This document shows, in pieces, positions 1 through 7,308 of a stretch of DNA of 24,900 bases (position 1 is the first letter of the stretch; each line of letters opens with the position of its first letter). Both the position numbers and the translations under genes were made by a program. Location of the stretch: positions 1 to 24,900 of IMG/VR virus record IMGVR_UViG_3300042363_000005. One strand, given 5' to 3'. The stretch comes from a virus. Its lineage: Duplodnaviria > Caudoviricetes. The notes under the pieces are model-generated. The model searched no databases. It was not told the origin of the DNA and saw only the letters and a program-made list of their open reading frames with translations.

Positions 1-2252
1 CCTTTATAGCTTGCATAGGCTTGCACCCATTTAATGTACTTCCTGCTGTCAAGGTCTTTGAAGCCATTAGTATCTGCTTGAAATGCCTCAAATGATGCTT
101 TGTTGTAGTGTCTAACATCCAATGCTATATTCCCATCCATCACAAAGTCATAGAATTCCTTACAGGTGTTTTGGATAAACCTCTTGGCATCCGCATTGAT
201 GGATATACTCCTAACCAATCCATTCTGCAGGTACATCTGTAGGTTACTGAGCATGTAGTTATCAAAATGAGCCCATTCATCCTTTGACCATTCATCAAAT
301 AGTAGTTTACCATATTCATCCTGTGGATTGCGTTGACTATTAAAGTACTGAAAGAACTCTATTTCATGCCTCCTCCTGTCATGGGATGTACCTGCACCAC
401 TAATCACATAGTTGGTGGTGATGACTATTTTAGGGCTTCGTTCAAATGGGATGTATATCTCATCCTTGTTTTTTCTGTTGACCGGAATACCCTCAGTGAT
501 CAGTGAAAATAACTGCTCAAAGTCAAAGTGTTTTTTCACATCATCAAATGCAAGCACCTGAGTGTCCATGTTGACCCTCTGATACACAAAGTCATTCTTA
601 GATGGGTTGTATGCCTTGCCATCTATCTTTATAATCTTGCGGATATTCCCGATGGCTGTCAACATCAAGCTCTTACCACTGCCTCCGTTAGGGTTATCAT
701 CAATCTCTTGGTCATTAAAGATAATTGCCTTTTGGTCAGTCTTATCTTTGAACGTGTGGATGAGGTACCCAAGGGTTGACTCCATTGCCTTAATCCGTTC
801 ACTATCCTGGGCAGATACCTTGTGTACAAAATCCTGAAAATTGTTATCATGAGATGGCAGTCGTGTAAAGTTTCTTTTAATGATTTGTTCTTTCCAAATG
901 TACCCATCAATATCAATGTAGCTCAGTAGCTCTACCTTGTCCTTGGTTACCTGGACCACCCCATTGTTGAATGGAATATAACTAACATACCTGCTGTCCT
1001 GTAGTATTCGCATCTCAATGGACTCAAGCATGTTCAGGTGTGACTCAGTGAAGAGCTGAGCACTCTTAGCACAGTGATTGTACACGTCAAGCTCACCCTT
1101 AGCAAGGCAGTACTTGAGTACAAAGTCCTTTATCAGCTCCACTGAGCTCTCAGATACCTTGTTCTCTTCAATGTACACATAGGTAGGCTTGTTACTCCGT
1201 TCAGGATAGTACTTAGCAAAGCCATGCTTGTGCAGAAAGATAGCATAGTCATGCGGCACGATAGTAATTTTCTTACCATCTGCTTGCCAAAAAACGTCAT
1301 CAGAGTTCTGCACCTCCTCTTTCACTGACTCAATAATACTACCACTCACCCCTAACTGCTTTTGGATGTCTTCATCCTTGACCCCCTCCTTAAGTTTGAC
1401 CTTTACCTTGTTAACGGTGTAGGTATCTTCAAAGTATTTAGTGTTAAAATTGCTACTCTTGTATGCATTCTCTACGGTGTAATTGATTTCATTAGCTGTA
1501 AAGTCCTCCTGTGCATATTGGAGCAGGTAGTTTTTAGCAGCATACTTATCCACCCCATACTCACACATGGTACAGGCCACCTTAAAGGTCCAATTGTTTC
1601 TGCCCTCTTCAAACTTACCATGGTTAAACTTCAAAATTAACTCAATGATACGGTCCTCATTAGCAATGGGGAGTACTGCAATCTTCTCAGACTTGTGGTA
1701 GCCTTTATCATCGGTGATACCTGGGAACACCTCGCAAAACTCATTGAGGTATGCATCCGGATCGTATGACTCAAAGCATACCCTTGACACATTGCTGTTG
1801 GCTACATCAAAATAATCACTTTGAATGTACTCTTTGTATGCTTCAAACCTCCTCTTGTGTTCAAACTTGTCAGACTCAGGTGTACGGATAACTACCTTAA
1901 GTCCATTACCTGATGGAGAAGTGAACATGATGTACACATACGGGCAATCCATTAACCTCTTGCGTTCTGCTGCCATGGTCTTAGCATCAGGGTACTTGTC
2001 AAAGTCCAGGACACAAAGACCTGAGTGCTTTATCAGCCCATCATCTTTGCGTTCAGAGAATATACCATTGAACATGATGGCCTTGAGTTGCATCTTGCTG
2101 TCAGTGTCACCTGCTCGGAGTTTCTTAATCTTACTAATCAGCTCGGGGTTTCCTTGCTTTATTCTGTTGTACACTTCTATTGCCTCAAGTGTGAAAGGTG
2201 TCTCTTTGGAGTTAAACAAGCTCCTGAAGACTGATATTTTAGGGTTGAACAT
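1..2252 (-). CDS. Primase-helicase (BT4734/VirE-N primase-like domain, PriCT-like region, SF3 helicase); partial, C-terminus beyond left edge
   Basis: Hand-translated open frame from ATG at 2252 (MFNPKISVFRSLFNSKETPF...) with no stop seen to base 1. Motifs: HSGLCVLDFD, FTSPSGNGLK, SRVCFESYDP (BT4734/VirE-N type), GRNN (PriCT-like), Walker A NGGSGKS, Walker B VLAFDD, motif C IVITTN. Confidence 0.9.
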   Translation of the reverse strand, partial: MFNPKISVFRSLFNSKETPFTLEAIEVYNRIKQGNPELISKIKKLRAGDTDSKMQLKAIMFNGIFSERKDDGLIKHSGLCVLDFDKYPDAKTMAAERKRLMDCPYVYIMFTSPSGNGLKVVIRTPESDKFEHKRRFEAYKEYIQSDYFDVANSNVSRVCFESYDPDAYLNEFCEVFPGITDDKGYHKSEKIAVLPIANEDRIIELILKFNHGKFEEGRNNWTFKVACTMCEYGVDKYAAKNYLLQYAQEDFTANEINYTVENAYKSSNFNTKYFEDTYTVNKVKVKLKEGVKDEDIQKQLGVSGSIIESVKEEVQNSDDVFWQADGKKITIVPHDYAIFLHKHGFAKYYPERSNKPTYVYIEENKVSESSVELIKDFVLKYCLAKGELDVYNHCAKSAQLFTESHLNMLESIEMRILQDSRYVSYIPFNNGVVQVTKDKVELLSYIDIDGYIWKEQIIKRNFTRLPSHDNNFQDFVHKVSAQDSERIKAMESTLGYLIHTFKDKTDQKAIIFNDQEIDDNPNGGSGKSLMLTAIGNIRKIIKIDGKAYNPSKNDFVYQRVNMDTQVLAFDDVKKHFDFEQLFSLITEGIPVNRKNKDEIYIPFERSPKIVITTNYVISGAGTSHDRRRHEIEFFQYFNSQRNPQDEYGKLLFDEWSKDEWAHFDNYMLSNLQMYLQNGLVRSISINADAKRFIQNTCKEFYDFVMDGNIALDVRHYNKASFEAFQADTNGFKDLDSRKYIKWVQAYASYK

Positions 2253-2258
2253 AGGTTG

Positions 2259-2288
2259 CAAATATAAATAAAAGACGATAAAAGACAA
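2259..2288 (-). promoter_or_regulatory. Bacteroidota housekeeping-type promoter for the primase-helicase
   Basis: TTG (2288-2286), 19 nt, TATATTTG (2266-2259) fits the TTG-N19-TAnnTTTG consensus; the ATG follows after 6 nt. Confidence 0.7.
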
Positions 2289-2456
2289 TTTGTGACGATG
2301 TTTTTATTTTATCGTCACGGCTATAAACTAATGTGGTATTGGTTTTCAGCTAAAGCGTGACGATAAGACGATAAATTTTCCAGAACGCTAAATTTTTTAG
2401 TGCTCTATTTTTTAAGACCCCTATATAAGAGAACCGTCCCATCGTCACACTGTCAC
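2274..2456. repeat. Iteron-like array of (GT)GACGAT in both orientations; putative replication origin
   Basis: GACGATA 2274, GACAAT 2284, GTGACGAT 2292, ATCGTCAC 2311, GTGACGAT 2357, GACGATA 2367, ACCGTCCC 2433, ATCGTCAC 2441, TGTCAC 2451, separated by AT-rich tracts; non-coding and adjacent to the primase-helicase. Confidence 0.7.
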
Positions 2457-2482
2457 AAAAAAGAGGGAGCCTAGACCCCCTC
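2457..2482 (-). terminator. Intrinsic terminator
   Basis: Minus strand GAGGGGGT-CTAG-GCTCCCTC hairpin (with G-U pairs) followed by TTTTTT; overlaps the stop codon of 2471..2968. Confidence 0.7.
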
Positions 2483-2968
2483 CCCCATATTAACCCTTAA
2501 AAAATTATGGTCCTCAAAGATAGACACAATCTCGCTTGTAGTCATCTTGTCTTGGAACTTTGTTAATAACTTTGGTGGGATATTTCCTGTGATTGTGACC
2601 CTTGCCTCTTCGTCACACATCGGCATAATACTGACATCAAAGATGTTTATATCGTCACGCTTTTGCTTAATCAGCTCAGGCAATGGGTGAATATACTTCA
2701 TGTACCTCTCATCTTTTTTACCATACCAATACTTGTGTTCTTTCATGCCATGAATAACAGAGCTGTGGTCTCGGTTGAAAAATTTACCGATCATGCTGTA
2801 TGTCATGTGCCGGTAGTTGTACATATAGTTGTACAGGTAGTACCTCTTGTAGGCAGATGTTTCTATCCTGCTCGGGGTGTTCAGTTGGTAGTCCAGGATG
2901 ATATTCACCAGGTCCTCATTCTGTAGCTGTGTGAGCTTGAATACTGTCTCATCTATTTCTCCTCTCAT
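2471..2968 (-). CDS. DNA-binding protein with DnaA domain IV-like helix-turn-helix
   Basis: TYSMIGKFFNRDHSSVIHG resembles the DnaA C-terminal signature IGxxFGGRDHTTVxHA; no AAA+ domain. Confidence 0.7.
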   Translation of the reverse strand: MRGEIDETVFKLTQLQNEDLVNIILDYQLNTPSRIETSAYKRYYLYNYMYNYRHMTYSMIGKFFNRDHSSVIHGMKEHKYWYGKKDERYMKYIHPLPELIKQKRDDINIFDVSIMPMCDEEARVTITGNIPPKLLTKFQDKMTTSEIVSIFEDHNFLRVNMGEGV

Positions 2969-3153
2969 AGCTCCTCTATTTTATATCCCCATTGCAGGTA
3001 CTGCTCTAAGGTCTCGGGTTGTTCATTCTCTTTGTATGGGAAGTTTAACTGATAAAGAAAGTTTTTCTCATCTGTACCCATGTAGCACCATGTGCCACCC
3101 TCAGGCTCTACTGTATCTTCAAGCCACATTCTGTAGTATTTTACGTATTTCAT
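2965..3153 (-). CDS. Hypothetical protein (62 aa)
   Basis: ORF with 4-nt overlaps to both neighbours. Confidence 0.7.
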   Translation of the reverse strand: MKYVKYYRMWLEDTVEPEGGTWCYMGTDEKNFLYQLNFPYKENEQPETLEQYLQWGYKIEEL

Positions 3154-3398
3154 GCTTCAAGTCTTTTAGGGTCATTAACTCCTTTGAACAGGTTGCTTGT
3201 AGTGGCAATCATGCCGGTTGCTTTCATAAAGTCAACCTCAGCCTTAGCACTGTTAATCACAGAGTTGGATAGGTTAGATATTGCCTGTGCCTTTTCTACC
3301 TCAGTAGCAAGTTGTTCAGGTGTTAGCTCATCATCATTTAATCTCTCGAGTGCTGCAAAGAGGTGATCACGTAGATCATTCATTCCATTTCTAGCCAT
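3150..3398 (-). CDS. Conserved-type phage helical protein (82 aa), commonly HNH-adjacent
   Basis: NDLRDHLFAALERL...EVEKAQAI pattern recalled from phage proteins found next to HNH genes; overlaps the HNH stop. Confidence 0.75.
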   Translation of the reverse strand: MARNGMNDLRDHLFAALERLNDDELTPEQLATEVEKAQAISNLSNSVINSAKAEVDFMKATGMIATTSNLFKGVNDPKRLEA

Positions 3399-3999
3399 TT
3401 TGTTTGTTTTTTATGTGTTTGTTTAATTTAGCTTTAAGTCTGATTACTTTTTTCAGGTCATCAGGGAACCTGTGTAGTGTGTTACGGTTAGCATTCTCAG
3501 CCATTGGAATGCACTCAAGGTTAGATAGATCTAAGTTCATGGTGTTACCATCAATAAACCGTACAATGTGCTTTGCAGGGATGGGTCCATTGGCCTGTTC
3601 CCACATCCATCTATGAGTTAGCACCCATTTGCTATCTGCTAGCTTGCTGTAGTAGTACAATCTACCGCTAGTATCTTTGCGTATGCTCATGGCATTGTCC
3701 TCTTTGGTGTTGTGAGGCTTTCTACCTGGCTTGAACATGGTCTTGGCCGCATTGGTTAGCAGTAAATTAGGACACTTTTTGCCCTCGTTCCATGGTTTAC
3801 GGCCTTTCTCAAACCTTGTGGCATATCCTGCCTCCAATACCTTAGCTCTGTTAATAGCTTTCCTAACCTTTGGGTCTTTCTTTATCCCTCTTTTGTACGT
3901 TCTGTTGTATACCTGGGTAACTGTCAACCCGAGATAGTCACCTAACACCTTGGCAGGGATGTATGGGTAAAGTATTTCTAGTATCTTATCCTGTCTCAT
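3391..3999 (-). CDS. HNH endonuclease (HNH_3-like)
   Basis: HRWMWEQANGPIPAKHIVRFIDGNTMNLDLSNLECI motif; N-terminal HTH-like segment and two TxFxxGRKPxN repeats. Confidence 0.85.
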   Translation of the reverse strand: MRQDKILEILYPYIPAKVLGDYLGLTVTQVYNRTYKRGIKKDPKVRKAINRAKVLEAGYATRFEKGRKPWNEGKKCPNLLLTNAAKTMFKPGRKPHNTKEDNAMSIRKDTSGRLYYYSKLADSKWVLTHRWMWEQANGPIPAKHIVRFIDGNTMNLDLSNLECIPMAENANRNTLHRFPDDLKKVIRLKAKLNKHIKNKQNG

Positions 4000-4139
4000 A
4001 TCTTCTCAATTACAAAGTGTCCGTAAACGTGAGTACCTGCTGTCCTGAATTGGTTGAGTTGCCAATAGCAGAGTGCTTTGGTTGGGAATTCGTAGCTCTC
4101 TGAGAGCCTTTGTTCGTAGTAGTACAATAATCTATACAT
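3996..4139 (-). CDS. Small hypothetical protein (47 aa, MYRLLYYYEQRLSESYEFPTKALC...)
   Basis: Hand-translated; below the ORF-track cutoff; its TGA overlaps the HNH ATG (ATGA). Confidence 0.65.
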   Translation of the reverse strand: MYRLLYYYEQRLSESYEFPTKALCYWQLNQFRTAGTHVYGHFVIEKI

Positions 4140-4258
4140 GAGTTCTTACATTTTAAGTATTCTAAATATAGGGAGGTATTAAAGGAGCCTCCCTTGTCTC
4201 CTGCAAATGACTGATTGGACCACCATCTAGCCATCTCTGAAATATCTCTAAACATCAT
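4010..4258 (-). CDS. Hypothetical protein (likely start at MMFRDISEMARWW, not 4309)
   Basis: Start overlaps the end of 4248..4538; first ~40 aa look protein-like; the 3' half overlaps the 47-aa ORF in another frame. Confidence 0.45.
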   Translation of the reverse strand: MMFRDISEMARWWSNQSFAGDKGGSFNTSLYLEYLKCKNSCIDYCTTTNKGSQRATNSQPKHSAIGNSTNSGQQVLTFTDTL

Positions 4259-4538
4259 ACCTCCACGCATCTTCATCAAAGTCATCTTCAGGATGTTGCA
4301 TATCTTCAATAAGTGTCGTCTCTTGGATACACCAAATAATCTCTTGTCCTAGCTGATTAAGTTCTACATCTGTGAGGATATAGTCAAGCTCCACCTCTCC
4401 TACTACCTGAGTTGCCATAAAGTCACTCATTTCTACATCAAAGTCCACCTCTGTAATGTTAGTGATTTCAAACTCACAGCTCCCATGCACATCTTTGAAG
4501 TCAAAGTATGCTCTAAAGTTTTCTATACTTACTTGCAT
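4248..4538 (-). CDS. Highly acidic hypothetical protein (96 aa)
   Basis: ORF coupled to its neighbours; very D/E-rich with few basic residues. Confidence 0.75.
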   Translation of the reverse strand: MQVSIENFRAYFDFKDVHGSCEFEITNITEVDFDVEMSDFMATQVVGEVELDYILTDVELNQLGQEIIWCIQETTLIEDMQHPEDDFDEDAWRYDV

Positions 4539-4627
4539 ATCATAAAGATTAAAAGTTGATAAATAATAATAGGAAGTACTGCCACGAATAGGGCAGAGAA
4601 AATGTCATCAAGTAGTTTATTTTTCAT
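4529..4627 (-). CDS. Small membrane protein (32 aa, MKNKLLDDIFSALFVAVLPIIIYQLLIFMICK)
   Basis: Hand-translated; one hydrophobic segment; fills the gap and overlaps both neighbours. Confidence 0.6.
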   Translation of the reverse strand: MKNKLLDDIFSALFVAVLPIIIYQLLIFMICK

Positions 4628-4778
4628 CGTTCAAGTTTAATCGGGTTAATAATTCATCCATTACCATCCATTCTCTGAATGCATTTTGAGTAGCTGAATC
4701 AGTTGCACCGAATGCATCTCTCATCTCTACATAATTTGCCCATAATTCCTCGGCATACTGTTTAATTGTGTCTGTCAT
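4617..4778 (-). CDS. Small hypothetical early protein (53 aa, MTDTIKQYAEELWANY...)
   Basis: Hand-translated; first gene after the promoter, with an A-rich leader (TTAAAAATTTAGTT-ATG). Confidence 0.7.
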   Translation of the reverse strand: MTDTIKQYAEELWANYVEMRDAFGATDSATQNAFREWMVMDELLTRLNLNDEK

Positions 4779-4806
4779 AACTAAATTTTTAAGTGTTAAT
4801 ACCTGA

Positions 4807-4835
4807 CAAAGATATAAAAAGTTTCATATCTGCAA
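4807..4835 (-). promoter_or_regulatory. Bacteroidota housekeeping-type early promoter
   Basis: TTG (4835-4833), 18 nt, TATCTTTG (4814-4807), upstream of the small-gene operon. Confidence 0.7.
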
Positions 4836-4839
4836 TACA

Positions 4840-5009
4840 TTTTGCACAAAAAAATTTAATTTTCCACAAATTTAAGATAAGGAACCCACATTATAAGGGG
4901 ATAATTGTGGTGAAAATCACATAAAATTAAAGGAATAACGTGACAATCACATTATAATGGGTAATAAAAGGGATAAACTACTGCAGTTATGGGTGCTATA
5001 AGGGGATAA
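4840..5009. repeat. Intergenic degenerate repeat cluster (CACATTATAA / TATAAGGGGATAA) with two TTWTNCACA boxes
   Basis: CACAT at 4887, 4918 and 4948; TATAAGGGGATAA at 4892 and 4997; TTTTGCACA 4840 and TTTTCCACA 4860. Confidence 0.55.
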
Positions 5010-5011
5010 CC

Positions 5012-5788
5012 TTAAGAGATATTTTTCTTTCGGGTGTAAAGATACTCCTGATACTTAGTGAATACCAGGTGATTTATTTTGTTGTGCTTTTTACAGTCTC
5101 TACATACTATCCAATGGTGTACAGTTCCTGCAGCTGTGACCACTTTCTTATTGTACCGGTAGTTAGTACCACCACATTCAGCACATTCGTACTTATCACC
5201 GCCATGTTGCACAGCATAGTTGTGGTTAACTAAGGCATAGCTGTTAAGTTTCTCGAATACTGCCTCAAGGACCTGCACATCCATCTTGCAATACTCCACC
5301 ATCTTATCAAGGGCCTCCTGGTCCTTTCTAAATACGATGTCTTTCCACAGGTCAAGGCCTCCTGTCTCCATCTTAGCACCTACCTTGAGGAGCTTAGCAA
5401 TGTAGTCTAGTTTATTTGAGTTAAAATTGAAGTATCTTTTAGCCCATTTAAGCGTGTCTATGGTCTTAGGGGATGGCATAACACCAATGCCATGAAATAA
5501 AGCCCTTGTGCGTATCCATTTAAGGTCAAACCTATCCCCATTATGAGCTACAATCTCATCAGCTTCATGCAGTACCTTGACAAACTGCTCAATCATTTTC
5601 TTATCACTCTGACTTTTGGACCATGTTAGGCTGTGTATCTCCTCCTCACCCTCCCATTTGTAGCAGATGCAGATGATTGCCCGTTCATGAATGATATCAC
5701 CTGGGTTGATGGTTAGGTTGTATCCTGTTCTCCAGAACACTCCGACATTGAAAGAGGTCTCAATGTCATAAAATAGTCTTTTTCTCAT
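5012..5788 (-). CDS. RNase H-fold DEDDy 3'-5' exonuclease (RNase_H_2-like) with C-terminal zinc ribbon
   Basis: ExoI FYDIET, ExoII HNGDRFD, ExoIII YCKMDV; CAEC...CRDC. Confidence 0.85.
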   Translation of the reverse strand: MRKRLFYDIETSFNVGVFWRTGYNLTINPGDIIHERAIICICYKWEGEEEIHSLTWSKSQSDKKMIEQFVKVLHEADEIVAHNGDRFDLKWIRTRALFHGIGVMPSPKTIDTLKWAKRYFNFNSNKLDYIAKLLKVGAKMETGGLDLWKDIVFRKDQEALDKMVEYCKMDVQVLEAVFEKLNSYALVNHNYAVQHGGDKYECAECGGTNYRYNKKVVTAAGTVHHWIVCRDCKKHNKINHLVFTKYQEYLYTRKKNIS

Positions 5789-6216
5789 CTGTTCAGTTTA
5801 CTGAGTACAGCACCCCATGCTAATCTAAGAATATAAGGGATGGCAAGCCCTAGCCAAAACGGCCACCATAGTGTTCTGTACTTGACTACCTGTTCTGCCT
5901 TGGCAGTTTTGTAGATAGTCTTACCTCGTATCTTTTCAACCTTTGTTTTGTACCTGTACTCAATCCTTGTTTGCCATCTAGTCTTAGGTACATACACATT
6001 ATTGAACTTTATTACCGTATCGCGATACGCAATAAACTTTTCCCAAAAGATAGTATCATTCTGTACTATTGGGAATGAGTCAATGGTAGTGATGCGGATA
6101 GTGTCACTATCCTTGACCACTTGCAATCCATTCTTTAGTGCTTTCTTGTAATGCCATTGAGCTCTCTTAGGAGCTGAGCAGGATAGCAGAATGAGTATAG
6201 GTATTAGATATCTCAT
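5785..6216 (-). CDS. Lipoprotein with C-terminal TM segment; putative unimolecular spanin
   Basis: Signal MRYLIPILILLS-C with lipobox; C-terminal hydrophobic LWWPFWLGLAIPYILRLAWGAVL; follows the endolysin. Confidence 0.6.
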   Translation of the reverse strand: MRYLIPILILLSCSAPKRAQWHYKKALKNGLQVVKDSDTIRITTIDSFPIVQNDTIFWEKFIAYRDTVIKFNNVYVPKTRWQTRIEYRYKTKVEKIRGKTIYKTAKAEQVVKYRTLWWPFWLGLAIPYILRLAWGAVLSKLNR

Positions 6217-6860
6217 AATGCCTGTAACATTGCAATCATTCTAGGGCATGGGTAAATATCACTCTTATCTTTGCGTACACTGTTATGTGTGTAGATCCCT
6301 GCAGTACCTTTGAATGCCTCTTTGTCTATTGCAAATATCTCTGACCGGTAAGTCTTAGGAATGTCATAGGTCTCGCACAGGTACTCCACCAATTGTCGAG
6401 TGCTTTCAATTTGCTCATCCGTATATTTGTACCATAGCACATGACCCTTGTATGGCTTATCTAAGATAGTGACCATTGATGGGTCCACTACTCCCTTGAC
6501 ATAGTTGTAGTACTTGCCATCCTTGAGCTTCAATGGGCCCCAATTGCAAATTTCAATGCCAACAGATAGCTTGTTTAGGTTAAGATACTTGAGGCCATGT
6601 ACTGCAAAGTCCTGACTATCTATGCCTAGATGGTAGGCCCAATGCTTGGAGCTGAAACATTGTACAATAGATCCTTTCTCACCCACTACAAATGCGGTTG
6701 CAATCCTATCTCCGTTGCTATTCCACCACCTAGATACAGCTACGGGGTTCCCGTTGCCTGCTGTGTGATGTAAATAGATTTGTTTCTTAGGAGACTCTTC
6801 CTCAAAGTATTGCCCCTTAGATAGGCGTTCCTGAAATATCTTGGTCGTGTCTAATTTCAT
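6213..6860 (-). CDS. Endolysin, N-acetylmuramoyl-L-alanine amidase (Amidase_2)
   Basis: IYLHHTAG, WAYHLG, SVGIEICN, THNSVRKDKSD zinc-amidase motifs. Confidence 0.9.
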   Translation of the reverse strand: MKLDTTKIFQERLSKGQYFEEESPKKQIYLHHTAGNGNPVAVSRWWNSNGDRIATAFVVGEKGSIVQCFSSKHWAYHLGIDSQDFAVHGLKYLNLNKLSVGIEICNWGPLKLKDGKYYNYVKGVVDPSMVTILDKPYKGHVLWYKYTDEQIESTRQLVEYLCETYDIPKTYRSEIFAIDKEAFKGTAGIYTHNSVRKDKSDIYPCPRMIAMLQAL

Positions 6861-7308
6861 CTACCTCTTTTTTAATATCCTTAGCCCTTGCAAATAGGTT
6901 CTTCATTGCCTGCCATAGGTCAAGGCCTTTCACTGCTTTGTAGTTCTCGTTTATGCTCATCACCTCAATTGATACCAGGATAAGTGCAAGTATTTTAGTG
7001 AGCATGAGCTCCACTGAAAAGAACTGCAGTATGATGTTATTAAGTATGAATTTATCAATCATGTAGAACAAAATAACAGTTACCTCATACAGCAACATCT
7101 TGCTAATGATTGCACTCAACCCTCTGCTTGTGATTGGCACCTTGTGCTTAATGCTCTTCCATACTCCTGTTATCGTATCCAATGCAATCACAAACCCCAC
7201 AAGGAACAATAGCCCTGATATTGGCATTAGAAATGTAGAGATAACAGCTAACAACTTAAACCAATTGACCTGCATGGTAGCAAGTAGTATAGAGAGCTGT
7301 GTCTTCAT
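6817..7308 (-). CDS. Holin (phage holin 4 / toxin-secretion type)
   Basis: Several TM segments; DTITGVWKS, ITSRGL, EVMSINEN motifs; directly precedes the amidase. Confidence 0.85.
   Translation of the reverse strand: MKTQLSILLATMQVNWFKLLAVISTFLMPISGLLFLVGFVIALDTITGVWKSIKHKVPITSRGLSAIISKMLLYEVTVILFYMIDKFILNNIILQFFSVELMLTKILALILVSIEVMSINENYKAVKGLDLWQAMKNLFARAKDIKKEVDEIRHDQDISGTPI

Noticed and set aside
528-2271. Short ORFs in the track (528..779, 607..837, 665..916, 1362..1640, 1825..2271, 2025..2234)
   Set aside because: They are antisense or off-frame shadows of the primase-helicase ORF, which the track omitted, presumably because its stop lies outside the window.
2419-2428. TTATATAGGG (minus strand) as a sixth late promoter
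   Set aside because: No AACA at the expected distance and no adjacent start codon.
4259-4309. Track start at 4309 for the 99-aa ORF
   Set aside because: It lies well inside the acidic protein gene; ATGs at 4258/4255 give normal coupling.
2274-5009. Repeat clusters at 2274-2456 and 4840-5009 as CRISPR arrays
   Set aside because: Units are only 6-13 bp, irregularly spaced and (at 2274-2456) in mixed orientation, with no repeat-spacer structure or cas genes.
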